From the NCBI GenBank assembly GCA_008632985.1, contig QPGO01000315.1, forward strand, positions 62,001 through 90,364: a stretch of 28,364 bases of DNA, given 5' to 3'. This stretch comes from Psammoneis japonica (lineage: Eukaryota). Below the pieces are notes generated by a model that ran no database searches, was not told the origin of the DNA, and saw only the letters and a program-made list of their open reading frames with translations. This document shows, piece after piece, positions 1 through 12,153 of this stretch; position 1 is the first letter of the stretch, and the number at the start of each line of letters is the position of its first letter. A program made the position numbers and the translations under genes.

Positions 1-1984
1 GTCTGACAATCGCTGGAGCGCGTCTTTTAACTTCCTTGTCAGCTCCACAACTTCGTGGTGCCACGGTGTATTGGACATGTTGAGATTGGAAGCGTCCGAC
101 TTTCCACAAAAGGTGACGCCCTTGACCTCAACCAGGGAGCAGTGGCCCAGAGCAATGAGCTTGGCGTATCCATCCACTTCGTCCGAGTTCCATCCCTTTA
201 CCACGGTCAAACGAGCCACGGTTCGCTGTCCCTTGTCTTTGAGAGAAACAAGAGATTGCTGCAACCGCTCCCAGGCATCCTTAAAGAGAGGCCTGTCAAT
301 GGCTTCCAAACTTTCGGGCGTTGGAGCATCGACACTTACATAGAGCTGCGTAATGGGTCGAAGAGATGAAATGGCTTGTGGGTGCTGCCCGTTTGTGACC
401 AAAAATGTGGAAATCTTGCGTCGATGAAGCTCACCCAAGAGCTCTCCGATGCGCGGGTACATGATTGGTTCTCCGACAAGGCTCAGTGCACAGTGTCGCA
501 CCGTGTGAGCTTCAGACCAGCGATCCATACGTACACCGGGAATACCCTTTGCTTCCTTGATCATTTTGATGTGCGTCTTTACTGCTTCGTCTACAATAAA
601 GTAAGGATCGTCCGTCTTCCAACGCCATTCCTTTCCAACAGGATTCTTATGATGTCGCCAACAAAAGACACCTATGTCGATAAAAAAATAAGAGCAATAG
701 AGACCAACATGTAAAGTGAGAAATGATAAAAAATGAATAGAGAGGTCAAGCAGTCGCAGCAAATAACGTACACTTATTTGCACACGCGAGGCTCGGGGTT
801 GCCTCCATACACTGATAGCTCGTGATGCCATAGTGAGTATGCTTGTAACAACCACCTCGCCCACGCAACTGATTCTTTGTCCATCGGCACAACTTTACAG
901 CACTGTGTGTTCCAATGAGTTTGTAACCTTCCTTCTTGAGAGCGGCGGCCTGAGTCGGTGTCACCATTTCGGTTACTCTTTTGACTTTGTCTTTTTTGAA
1001 GAGGCCTTTAACGAGTCTCCAATGTCTTCCAATCCATAACTTCTGGTTCCTTTTCGTCTTCCATATCTGATTCGTCAGTGTCGTAGTAGTCCTCGTCATC
1101 ATCTTCAGGATTGCGCTCTGCATCAGTGGTAGGCGGTGTTTGACAACACGACCCTCCGTGGCTTCCGAAGCTTTGTTGTTGTCCTTACAGGCACATGAGT
1201 TACTCACAGGTTCCACCATGACATCAATTCGTGTGATAACATCCTTCATCCATCGATCAAAGGTTGCTTTATGATCTCCGACCGAGTCGTCTCCTACACC
1301 CACAGGCCCAAGCGTTTTGGCTCCCAGCTTTCGTGCCTGTACCCACGCCTCGTGTGCTGGTTTGCCCATGGTATCATCGCCATAGGCGGAACTACCCATT
1401 CCAAACACTGCAACACGGAGTTGAGTCGATTTGAGGGGATTTTTCTCAATACGCCAGTCGTGAAGCATTTCATGCAAACTCTGTTTTAAAGTGGTAGCTG
1501 CCGACTCGGGCCAAGTCCCTCCCGTATAGGTGGGCAACACCCACACAACAATAGGCGGGAGTAGCAGCAGCGAGTCGTCGTCGGTTTTATCCTGATCTTC
1601 GTTATTCAAAAGTTCATCCCACCAATCCCATTCGTCAACCTTTCCCATTTGGATCGTGCTTGTGTGGGAAGCAATCGATGCATGAGACTTTAACCTATGG
1701 TACAAATTCTCTGCCAGTGCCGCACACGTGCCAGTAACAGAACCATGAACAATCGAAATGGTGCCTCGAACTAAAATGCGGTCTTTGCAGGGAGTTTTTT
1801 CTTCCTCGAAAAAATCCTTTTCGGGTTTTGGCAACGTCCGTTTTGCGATTGTTGTTGTTGTGGGTGCTGTTTCATTCTTTGTCTTTTTTCGGCGAGACCA
1901 CACCACACCTCCAATCGCCACCACAAATACTACTGTCACGATGGAAGCAGACAAGGCTGCATCTCCTCCGCGACTACGAGCCAT
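1..1984 (-). CDS. TYW1: tRNA wybutosine-synthesizing protein 1 (N-terminal TM anchor, flavodoxin domain, radical SAM domain); 3' end runs off the window
   Basis: Flavodoxin-like motifs (GSVTGT, PTYTGG, AVFGMGSSAYG), then KEGYKLIGTHSAVKLCRWTK...RGRGGCYKH..YGI.S.QCMEATPSLACANK. A GT-AG intron at 771..672 joins this to CVFCWRHHKNPVG, giving the CxxxCxxC motif (CANKCVFC), followed by HCALSLVGEPIMYP and FLVTNGQHP. Apparent compensating frameshifts at about 970-1160 in the acidic linker. Confidence 0.95.
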
Positions 1985-2685
1985 GGTTGACTCAATTCAA
2001 CCTTACTTGTTACTGCACCTTCATGAAGAAAAAATTGGAAACAGTGTTGAGATTAGATACGGTAGATGCGACCGGGTTCGATTGGTTCAGCAAACGGAAT
2101 CTCACTTTCTTCGACCTCACCAAATGACCTGGCGGAGATCGCGTCAGCAGAACTCCGCATTCCTTTTAATTTGGGACCAAACCGCGAAAGTTCTGTCACT
2201 ATCGATCCTCGTTCGCACTCCTAACAACGTCGCAATCAAAATCAGTTGATATTGGATTTGCACAAAACAAGAAGATAAAAGGCAAACAAAAGATGCTCTT
2301 TGAAATGATTCTCTAGCTCTTTTTAAATTTTCTCCAAGGCTCTGAGACAATCAGTTTCTCACGCTAACCTCGGGTGTGTGCACTTGCCGAGAAACAGCTC
2401 GTTGCCGATTGAAACATGTGGGGCAAAAAGAAGCAAAAATGGAGTATTTCTTGAGATAGAGAAAAAGCCTTAGGCACACAGAAGAACTACCGTATAAAAT
2501 ATCTAAAGAATTGTACCATACACGATTGAGATTTTTTTCTCAGCACAAAAGATTGCTTTCTGTTGACAAAACACCACGACTGTCACAACTCACGTTTACA
2601 AACTAATTTAGAAAACTTACAACACTGGAATCCTACCAGAGATTAAACATTATTTCACAGGACAAATCACACACGGAGAAAAATC

Positions 2686-3168
2686 TTAACTGTTGAGCTT
2701 GGGATTGTTCTGAAGGAACTCATCCTTGCCCGTGTACTCGAAAAGCACACCATCTCGGACCCATCCCGCGACAATGCTGACCTTGTCTTCTTCCTTCTTG
2801 ACAACCTCCTCTGCTACTTCCACAGACTCAAACTTGGTAACACCGTTAATGGCAAAGATGGTCCATCCGACTTCAAGAGTGGTGTTGCGAAAAGGACTCA
2901 TGAGTTTCATTCCGGTCAAAATGAGTGACTTGTCTTCTCCCATGTCAAACTGCAAACCCATGAGGGGATCCTTCTTTCCGGGAATGGGAAGAACCGACTT
3001 GATCTTTTTGGCGGCGCACGTGTGCATCTTCTTGACCTCAATGTCCGACAGACCCGTCTCCTTTTGGTAATCAAACTTGGTGTAATCCGCGTTAGTGGAG
3101 ATGGGATGACCAAAGTTTAGGATTTGAAGCGTGTTGAACGCCTTGTCGAGTTTCTCGTCGTTCACCAT
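2686..3168 (-). CDS. Small protein with a probable PDZ-like domain
   Basis: 160-aa intact ORF. The segment MGLQF...LILTGMKLMSPFRNTTLEVGWTIFAINGV...EVAEEVVKKEEDKVSIV follows the PDZ pattern (G-phi-x-phi, SPF..T.L..G..I..ING). Confidence 0.6.
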   Translation of the reverse strand: MVNDEKLDKAFNTLQILNFGHPISTNADYTKFDYQKETGLSDIEVKKMHTCAAKKIKSVLPIPGKKDPLMGLQFDMGEDKSLILTGMKLMSPFRNTTLEVGWTIFAINGVTKFESVEVAEEVVKKEEDKVSIVAGWVRDGVLFEYTGKDEFLQNNPKLNS

Positions 3169-3672
3169 GGTAAAACGAGTTGCTTGTTGATTCCGATGAT
3201 GAGAAGCCGACGCCTTTGTGTGTAATTGCCATTCGATTCTTGAAATTTCGGGGATGAACGGGTGGCGGGATTCTTCCGACTCACAAAGATTCGCAACAAA
3301 TCATAAATTGTCTCATTTATGAGAAGATTAAAACGAATCTCACTGTCAAAATTTCAATTTTCTGTAGAGCTTGTACTGTGACAACGGGCCAAATGTGCTT
3401 ATTCTGTATTGAATATACTATGAAAGATTTTCGATCTTTTTGTTGCTTTTTTTTTTCCACATTTTTGTCGGATCCACGGCGAGCCCACGCGATGCCCTAT
3501 GGGAGGCGGCAGCAGCAACTCAACTTGAAACTTGCCGTTTCGAATAACCTTACCTAACGACGACAATGAGATGAAGATACCAGTGGAAATAATGGAGATT
3601 GCTCTGAATTATGTTCTTTGAATTAACAGATGCAAACAAGTTTGGGCAACGCGGCGTTCGTTTGTTCAGGGG

Positions 3673-5523
3673 ATGAAGGAAGCGAAATTCCAATCGGAAA
3701 CATTGTCAACACTCCTGGACGAGATGTTTGACGAGAACGAGGTGATGTCTTTGGGATCTTGCGAGGATATCACCACTCGACTCAGTGACACTGAAGTCGC
3801 GGCGATGAATATTGACTACTCATTAGATGAGCCAATAGTGGAGTCGAATGATAACACTAGGGTGTTGACGACGCTGCCTCTAGCGGTGCTGATCTTTTAT
3901 GAAGTGTCGGGTATGTGTGCTTGAACATGCCACGAAATTCGGAAAAGGACGAATAAAAAATGTTGCTCATAATGTCGTTTGACGTTTGTTTGTTTTCAAA
4001 GGTGGACCGTTCGGAATAGAGCCGGCTGTTCGTGCTGGGGGAGCACTGTACGCGCTACTTGGGTTTCTAATTTTGCCTCTGGTATGGTCCGTTCCCGAAA
4101 GTTTAATCACTGCAGAATTGGGTTCTGCCTATCCAGAAGCGTCCGGCAGTGTCGTATGGGTGGAAGAGGCTTTGGAACAACAACGGGATGGATATCTGGA
4201 TACCTAAACTGGTTGTCAGGAGCTACAGACAATGCCATTTATCCTGTTTTGTTTCTCGAGTACCTGTTGCAAGTCATGTATGGAAATGACAGCAGCAATG
4301 GCGACGATCTTACCATGCAAATGAATCCATTCATGCGATTCATAATCTTGTCGTCGACATGCATCACCCTTGCCTATATTAACTGGTTGGGATTAAAGCT
4401 CGTTGGAAACATATCCATGGTGGTGTGTGCTATTTCCATGAGTCCGTTTGTCATTTTATGCATATGGGGAGCGTTTAAAGTCGATCCAAAGCGCTGGTTG
4501 CAGACACCAACCGCTGGCGATGCTTCAAACACGGACGACGACGATGATGACGCAATGTCACTTTTGAATCCATCGTGGGGTGGAATCGAGTGGAGACCAT
4601 TTTTGAATAATTTGTTTTGGAATCTCAATTCTTTGATTCCGCCGCTTCCTTTGCCGGCGAAGTTCAAGATCCGGGTCGGACGTTTCCCCGGGCCATGTGG
4701 CTTGGTGTTGCAATGGTTTCGTGTTGTTACTTTTTTCCGCTCTTGATTGCGATTGGAGCTTCTGGTGATGACGTGACTCAATCAAGTTGGGTCGATGGTT
4801 ACCTTGCCACCGTGGCGTCCATGTGGTGTCGCCATGGCTCGGCGCTTGGACTGTCCTTGCCAGTGGTATTAGTAATCTTGCCTTGTTTCAGGCTGAAATG
4901 TCGTCGGACGCTTTCCAAATCATGGGCATGGCGGATCGAGGATTGTTGCCTCCGATTTTTCGAGCAAGGAGCCAACATGGTACTCCCACGAACGGTATAC
5001 TGTTGGGTACAGCGGTTCTGATTGTCATGAGCGTTGCTGATTTCTCAGACTTGGTGGAAATGCTAAACTTCAACTACGCCATTGCATTACTACTGGAGTT
5101 TGCTGCGTTTGTTAAACTGCGGCTATCCAAGTCGCATGGTAAGTATGTAGTGAAAGTGATTGAAGCTGTCTCTATTCATTTTCCATACAATGATCTCATG
5201 GTTTCTTCCTATTGGTTGACCACTGATCTTCAAAGTATCTCGTCCGTATCGAGTGCCTCTCAATACGGTTGGATGCGTGCCATGCTGATCCCAACCGCGA
5301 GTCTTACGCTATTTGTCATGCTCATGCTAGCGTGAAAACCTATATGTATGCTCTAGCTGGATGTTTGTGGGTGTGATTCTCTTTCGAGCACAGCGTAGCA
5401 CCGTTCGCCATTATTCTGTCTTACCATCAGGCGCTGACCCGCTTGCAAACTAGAGAGGAGAGAAGATCTTTTCATGGCGACAATGCGCGGCTTCGAGAGG
5501 ACTCTCTCGTGCAAAAGAAGTAA
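3673..5523 (+). CDS. APC-superfamily amino acid/polyamine permease (LAT/PUT, RMV1-like)
   Basis: IFYEVSG|GPFGIE across intron 3911..4001, then [48 protein letters not shown] and [12 protein letters not shown] second intron at 5139..5235 is followed by SRPYRVPL. Frame changes near 4170, 4630 and 4820. Start and stop positions are approximate. Confidence 0.9.
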
Positions 5524-6482
5524 TGGATCCAAGTGAGGACGATACTCTAGAGAAACTTGTGGCGAATGAGGCCATACCAAATGCCATATTCGCCTCATGG
5601 GGGATTCCAGCAAAGACCTCTGGGACTGCGTTTTTAATCAACTCCTGGACACACGGGAATGAATCCATGAGGACTTCATCTAAAGTGCCTAATCAGTAGT
5701 TCCAGGAGTGACACGTGGCGTTGTGTCAGTTGTAGAACAAGGCAGGAGAGTCCATGCAGCAGCAAACAGACCCCTTAAAAAAATAGAAGCCCTCCAGAAG
5801 CAGAAGAATAGCAGAATGAACGTGGCAGCGAGTGTTTTTTCCCCGTGCCAGCGGTGATATTCTTTTGACAACTTTTGACCTGGGCCGAGCTGTTGGGAGT
5901 GAACCTTGGCTAACTCACGACGGGTGTTCTTCCGAAAATTAAACGGGTAGAACTAACACAGGATTGGTGACAATCACAGGCATTATTTGAAGGCTATGAG
6001 TACCTCCACTAGCTGCAGCGCTGGAGCCACGGTTGGCTCGCTTGATCAGGGCGAGAAGAGAACTAGTTAGAAGATGCGAGCTCAGTTTTGGCTTTGTGTT
6101 TACATGTGTGGGCTGCCCTTAACAATGGAATAGACTAGATGCAACGCGCAGCAATGAGAGTTGACGGTAACCACAATCCCACGGAAAACGAATGCCTTGG
6201 CCTCGTGCAGATATTTTTCAAGGAAGTCTAACCTTTTTCTGTTGAACAGCTCTAAAGCATGTCAGCTGTCAGCATGACTCTAATCCATCTGTTTTCGCAC
6301 ACCGCGAAGGCTTGTGAAGATTCATCACGTGTGATGCTGTCATCAGACTTGTTCCTCAAACTGGAAAACAGCGATGAGTGTTCATCTGATCTAACTTGGC
6401 CTAAGTACTACGTACTCTCTCTCTAGCTCTAGTAAGATTTGGATAGGAGATAGACTCTAGACCTAGATTCTGTCATCGTCTG

Positions 6483-8225
6483 ATGCATTTTGAATTTATT
6501 GAACATGGGGGTGCCGTCTGTCCGCCGCGCAAGAAGGAATTCCGTGGAAGCACGGGACTTGAGGAAAGGCGCGAAGTTCGCCTGTGTTTTCAGTCCTTCA
6601 GACCCAAGGTCGAGATCATCGCACTCACAATCCGTCTGGGGGGTCCGCAATCACAAGATAGAAGCATCAGCAACGATGGCGAGGACAAGCAACGAAGATG
6701 CGACGTATCGGTGGTAACTTTCAGCGCGGCTCTAATGAAGCAGCTCCTTTTGCAGAAAAGAAGCCATCTAGCTTGGGTGTTTTCATGTCACGGCGGCGGG
6801 AGTGGTGGCGGCCCGATGCAGTGGCGTGGGCATTCAGTGTCGGCTCTGGAAGCATTAAAAAAAGAATACGGAGAAGAAGAAGAAAAGTCGACGATCGTTT
6901 CAAAAACCGTTTGTGGTGAAATTGAAACCGATGCATTGACACTTTCGCGTTATCAGCTATTGGCTGTGCAGCCTAGGCTGCGCTTTTCTCGAATGAGGAA
7001 TTTTGAAGCCGATTCGTGGAATTTGATGGCTCACGAGAAAGCAGATGCCTTTGTCTATTTCGTTAAAATTGAGAAGACCGAATCATACCTCGTCGGTGAG
7101 TCCAGTTATTCAAACCGCACATGGGAAAATGATCGCTCTACGATTTCCAGGCTCCTTCGAAAGCCTTCGCTCGTAGAGAATCCTCGAAAACCATTCCTAC
7201 TCCTCGTGAACAACGACGAGGATGATGAGTTTGACGTTGAGCGTCTTGCCACCCTTTTTGGACTGGGCGGATATGGCTTTGAGCGTCCCTTTCGAGCCGT
7301 GTCGTACTCCTCCAACCAAAGCGATGGCACGTTAAGAGAATCTCTTGAATGGTTGGTCAATACGGCCAGTTCTTCTGATGACGATGTCACGGCCATGACA
7401 GGAAGCGACACCGAAGAGGGAGGATCTGTTGTCACATCCACGACAACTAGCACGGCCGCATCCTCATTCGTTGGCAGCGGCCATTACGTCTTGGACTATG
7501 AACCCACTCTGCTTGGCGGCAATCCAGTCCTACAGCGCTTCGAACCCATCAAGAAAGGAACCCATTGCCCATTTGCTCGCGCGGCCAAACTATGGGGCGG
7601 TAAGTTGGCGGATGAACTCACGCCAAGGTTGAATGTGGACAATCTCGAGGAAGCTGCTTCCTTGAACGCCGGACCATTGGCCGAGTTTGTGGCCAGGTCC
7701 AACAATGGAGAGCCACTCGATGGATTCTGTCTTGAGATCCCAGGAGGAGCATACACTGTTGAGAAACTCGGTGAGAAGGTTCGCGTGCTCTTGACCAAAC
7801 TCGCCGAATTGGATCCATCAGGGGAAAACGCAATGAAGATGGGCCCCTTCGACCATCCGCATTGGCGCTTTCGTTTCGCGGGAGAAGACTTCTTCCTAAC
7901 AACATTTTCGCCCGCATACGGAAAAGAGTCGTCTCGTTATTCCTTTGGGGTCCGGAGGAATTTCCTGCTGTTTCAGCCCATGACTTCCTTTGGCCGTCAT
8001 GGGTTGGTTAGTGATACTCCCGCTTCGGCTACAAACTGGAATACTCCCACCACCATGCGAGACAAGGCCCGCGTGGCTTTCAAGAAGAATGGATGTCCCT
8101 ACCACATCCCCGAAACGTTGCCTTACCCTGTAGCGGAGCACGTCGTGAAGCCAAAAAATGACGACGGGACCACCGTCGTTCGCTGGTGGGAGTCTCCCGA
8201 AGAAAGCCAGCAGCCAGTAGGATAG
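6483..8225 (+). CDS. Fusion protein: degenerate ARF-like small-GTPase fold plus C-terminal YqcI/YcgG-family domain
   Basis: 580-aa ORF; the true start is probably later, e.g. ATG 6735. The C-terminal THCPFA, WRFRFAGEDFFLTTFSPAY...SRYSF and LLFQP motifs match YqcI/YcgG. The middle segment (ADAFVYFV...PFLLLVNN...LFGL...DGTLRESLEWLV) parallels ARF/Arl secondary-structure motifs. Confidence 0.7.
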   Translation: MHFEFIEHGGAVCPPRKKEFRGSTGLEERREVRLCFQSFRPKVEIIALTIRLGGPQSQDRSISNDGEDKQRRCDVSVVTFSAALMKQLLLQKRSHLAWVFSCHGGGSGGGPMQWRGHSVSALEALKKEYGEEEEKSTIVSKTVCGEIETDALTLSRYQLLAVQPRLRFSRMRNFEADSWNLMAHEKADAFVYFVKIEKTESYLVGESSYSNRTWENDRSTISRLLRKPSLVENPRKPFLLLVNNDEDDEFDVERLATLFGLGGYGFERPFRAVSYSSNQSDGTLRESLEWLVNTASSSDDDVTAMTGSDTEEGGSVVTSTTTSTAASSFVGSGHYVLDYEPTLLGGNPVLQRFEPIKKGTHCPFARAAKLWGGKLADELTPRLNVDNLEEAASLNAGPLAEFVARSNNGEPLDGFCLEIPGGAYTVEKLGEKVRVLLTKLAELDPSGENAMKMGPFDHPHWRFRFAGEDFFLTTFSPAYGKESSRYSFGVRRNFLLFQPMTSFGRHGLVSDTPASATNWNTPTTMRDKARVAFKKNGCPYHIPETLPYPVAEHVVKPKNDDGTTVVRWWESPEESQQPVG

Positions 8226-8743
8226 GGCCCTACAACTTTTAAAGCAGAGGAAATGTCGGCGCGTTCCGATTAGCCTTCCTGGCGACGTCACTTGATCACC
8301 TTACACATGAGTTGAGCCACCTCAATAACGTACACGTAGCCAGTAACAACACAAATAAGTACATTTTATCATTTTTTTTCATCAGTTTCCAAACTTAGGG
8401 CATCGACGCATTGAAATCGTTTACACTGTTGTTCTAATACTAGCTATGAAAAAATTGTTGAGGTTTATGCGTGGGCGATATGAATGATGCGGTATTTTCT
8501 GCTATATTATGCCAATCACCTATTCGCGAGCCTACGTCTGTTTGCCATGCTATGGAATGCTTGTGGGTTTCTCGTCACACAGTGCACAATTGCACGATTC
8601 GCTACATTCCTCCTAAAATAACTAGATTTGTTCATGGCGAAAGCGTTCTATTGAAAATTGATATCTTGTATTTTTTGTGACAGACATGTGAATCAGATCA
8701 TCCTTGGTTGATTCGGAGGATAGAAGACCAATGTTTCACGGGA

Positions 8744-9157
8744 TTAGAACCAATCCGATTTTGGGGGTGGAACGTCCCATCCTCTCCACCATCCAGATTC
8801 TTCGTGCGCGCTGGTCCATGGGATTTGTGATAACTCGCCATTGATCCGCACAACGTACATTGGCGCCTTGTTTATGCCTCGACCTTGGGGTTCGTACACC
8901 ATTCGCGATCCCAAGACTTGGCACTTCATCGGCCTGCTGGGGTCTCCATCAAAGTATGTCATTAGCTTTTGACCCACCGGATGCTGCTCGTTATAGGTAC
9001 CAAAAAGCGTCATGTCGGACGTAAAGACCTCCGGATATGCTTTCTGCATCGACTTGAACCAGGCTTCCAGATCGGCGACAGGAATGAATTTTCCTTCATC
9101 AGAAGGAGTTGGATCGTCGTCTTGGTCCATGAACATGGTATCAATCGATTTTTTCAA
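8744..9157 (-). CDS. Hypothetical protein (137 aa)
   Basis: Intact ORF with protein-like composition and normal TpA/Tyr content. No motif recognised; start codon uncertain. Confidence 0.5.
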   Translation of the reverse strand: MKKSIDTMFMDQDDDPTPSDEGKFIPVADLEAWFKSMQKAYPEVFTSDMTLFGTYNEQHPVGQKLMTYFDGDPSRPMKCQVLGSRMVYEPQGRGINKAPMYVVRINGELSQIPWTSAHEESGWWRGWDVPPPKSDWF

Positions 9158-9508
9158 TTGCGGTCGTACTTCCTCTGCCCTTGTTCACTAACTGCAACCT
9201 CAACACTCTAAAGAGAGATTTGTTCGATGCAGGACCAGCACACGTGATTGAGCAACACGAATAAATTTGGAATTTGCCAAACACACCCCATCGCGCGCGC
9301 GAGAGCGAGCTTGAATACTGTATGACGTCACGTCGGAGGGAAATATTTACGACTCGGATTCCGGCCGGAGGGAGTTCAATTCAAGCCTTGAATTTGCTGA
9401 AGCTGCCAACACGTGGCACTAAAAACAGTGCACACCCTAAATCCAAATCCCCGTTCTCTTGCCTGTAACTGTAATCGAATTGCATCTGGGCCCAGTATCG
9501 GTGCGGGG

Positions 9509-11285
9509 ATGTTGTTGCTGCAGCTGCTGCCATGCAGCCAGAATAAGAGCAGCGCCTTAGTTCGAAACATTTTGACGTTATTGGCAATTCACCTTTTGGG
9601 TGTTTCACATGCGTGGACGCATCAGACGTCAGCCAGAACAGTGACACATTCAAGACTTTTAACAACACGTCTACTAGGCACTAGCACAGTGATTTTGATA
9701 ACGTGCCGCGATTCCACCCAACGTTTGAATCTCAACCAGTTGAAGTTTCCACAGTCTTGGCCTCGACTCCTCCGTCCCCCGATGCCGAACAAGCGCTGGC
9801 GTCGCTCGCCGCAACGACACTGGCACTCTTGGCTGGAGACGAAGAAGCCGCCGAGGCCTTGGCCGGAGGAGCCCAGCGAAAAAAGGAACTGATTCACAAG
9901 GCGTTCCAAGCGTACGATGTCTGTGAGAGTGGGATACTATCGGTCGACGAAGCTCGAGCGCTCTTTGTTGATTTAGCTAGAAACATTGTCACGGACCTGG
10001 CCACGCCGTCACAAGATCGAAGCAGCGAAAACTTGGCATCCTATCGGCCGTCGGAAAACAAGGCGTCCGTTCCGGGTGTGGCACGGGCTCATGCCAAGCG
10101 GGTGTTGGCCATGGACGAGACGGGCAATACCATTGAACGAATTGCCACCAAGCTGCTGCTATTGGCCGATCCCGATGGGGATGGTCGAGTTTCGCTTCGG
10201 GAACTTGCGAATTTGTTTGAAACGGTACAGTCTGCAAACACTCAAGCGACAAACAATGCGGATAGTCCTTCTGTGGAAACGTTTCCTCAGCCTCTCTTGG
10301 CACTTGCGGGATCGTTGCAATTGTTGCCTCCCGTTAAGGAAATGACGTGACGGAAGCAGCCTCCAAGGCAACACACTGGAATGTTGGGGTGCCCGGAGAT
10401 GATCACACTTTGAAACGAGTCGAATTGGAAAAGGGCGTCTCCATTGTTGGTTTGGGCCGATCTGCAGACGCTTCAGCCTACTTTTTGCCAGAGCTCGGCA
10501 TTGTTCTGGATGCCGGAATTCATGTCAAGTCGATTCGACCCAAGACCGTCTTACTAACCCATGGACACCGGGATCACATTGCTGCGCTTCCAACCCACGC
10601 GGCGGTTGGATCCAGAATTCTGTGCCCCAAACCGATTGAACCGTTGGTGCGGAGATTTCTATTGGCAGAAGCGCAATTGAACTATGGAGACAACACTCAG
10701 ACGGATGAGGAAACCATTGAGGCACTGGGGGATTTTGATTTACACGCGGTTGTGGATGGAGACGAGATTTTGTTGCCTCGAGAGTTCTACCAGGGTTCTC
10801 CAACGCCACTTGGTGTACAGGTCTTTCGAGCGCCACACAAGGACGGTGTGCCGGCTGTATCGTATGGGCTTTATCGAGCCAAGACGAGACTCAAACCCGA
10901 GTATGCCAAGCTGCCTAAAAACGAGCTAGGGGGTCTAATTCAAAAGGACATTGCCATTACAGAGAGTTACAATGAAGGGCTGCTTTTCTATACCGGAGAC
11001 ACTACGATCAATCTCCTCAAGCAACGATGGAAGGAAATACTCCCAAAGTACAAGCACGTCATTCACGAAGTGACATTTCTTGGCGAGCCAAGCTCTGAGC
11101 TGGACGAATCGACGAGAAGGAAGGGTCATACACATTACTCTCAGCTTCATCCTTGGATTTGTGCATTCCCCGAAACGACTTTTGTCTGTGTCCATTGGAG
11201 TCTTCGGTATTCCAGAGAGGATGTGCTGCGTTTTTTCGAAGAAGAGTATGGAGGTGTTCCCAAGAACGTTGTATTGTGGGTGTAG
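9509..11285 (+). CDS. EF-hand plus short-form (TM-type) tRNase Z / metallo-beta-lactamase fusion with an N-terminal targeting leader
   Basis: Hydrophobic leader ending ...LLGVSHA-W and a Ser/Thr/Arg-rich segment. Two EF-hand loops (DVCESGILSVDE, DPDGDGRVSLRE). MBL motifs LDAG, THGHRDH, RLKPEY, YTGDT, HEVTF, GHTH, VHWSLRY. Needs 1-nt frame corrections near 9685 and 10336. Confidence 0.8.
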
Positions 11286-11385
11286 GGAGATGGAGTCCTA
11301 GTAGAGCAAGAGGATGAAACAAACATGGAGAACCTAACTTCGACGTATCCCTTGTTCATCGGTAGCAATGGCTCCCCAAGACACA

Positions 11386-11423
11386 AAAGCAACCCAATCG
11401 CAAAGAAAGCAACCCAATCGCAA
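11386..11423. repeat. Short direct repeat (AAAGCAACCCAATCGCAA x2, period 20)
   Basis: Read directly at 11386-11403 and 11406-11423. Confidence 0.85.
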
Positions 11424-12153
11424 GCTTAGCGTGTGGTTTCTCCGCGGATGTCATCGCTACTGATGTGCCCGCTGCCTGCAGAGAGGATTGCTGCAGTAGT
11501 TTCGACTCCTTATGTTCCAACTCCTCTCACGACGGATGGCGACAGCCTTCCAAAGGCAATGATGCGCCCGCTAGTAATTGGAAAGCAGCGTAAAAATTGC
11601 TCTCGTCGTCCCAGTCGAACGAGCACGATTGCTATGCTCCATCTTAACTACAGGTTTTGTTGTGCTCGTCATGACTTTAACGGTTGCTGCGACAACTGAC
11701 CCAAGTCTGTTTGCTTTGGTGCTTCCGGAATTTCCCTTCCACGTCATTCTCCATGTCTGCGGTGATAGATTTTCGACTAGCAACAGACTTATGTAGTGAT
11801 TATATTTTCTTCAAATGCAGCTTCTTGCCCATTGGTCAGTACTCTAGATGCAGTGGAGTAGACTAGTTGTGGGCAAACCTTGCGTCTTCTTCCTTCTTTT
11901 GTTGGCAGAAAGCAGCCATTGAGGGCTCCAAATCAGAAACCAGAGCCATTCGGAAGACTGCGAAAAGATGGGATACAGCGTTACCGTATTTTGGATCGAC
12001 TACGCCGTTGTCGAAAATCGCAAGTACAGGCGCAATCCTCGGCAACATCACAACATTGAAACGCATATGGTTGTGGACACACGAGAATTATGTACATTTT
12101 AATTAACACAAAGAACCTTTACTTTGAGACAAAAAGCACGGTGTTGTTCACTA

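Noticed and set aside
1..11285. TYW1 and tRNase Z as a tRNA-maturation gene cluster
   Set aside because: They are separated by four unrelated genes and probably act in different compartments; chance proximity is sufficient.
11433..12106. Short ORFs between the tRNase Z and LamG genes
   Set aside because: No motif or consistent frame. A fragmented gene cannot be excluded but is not supportable.
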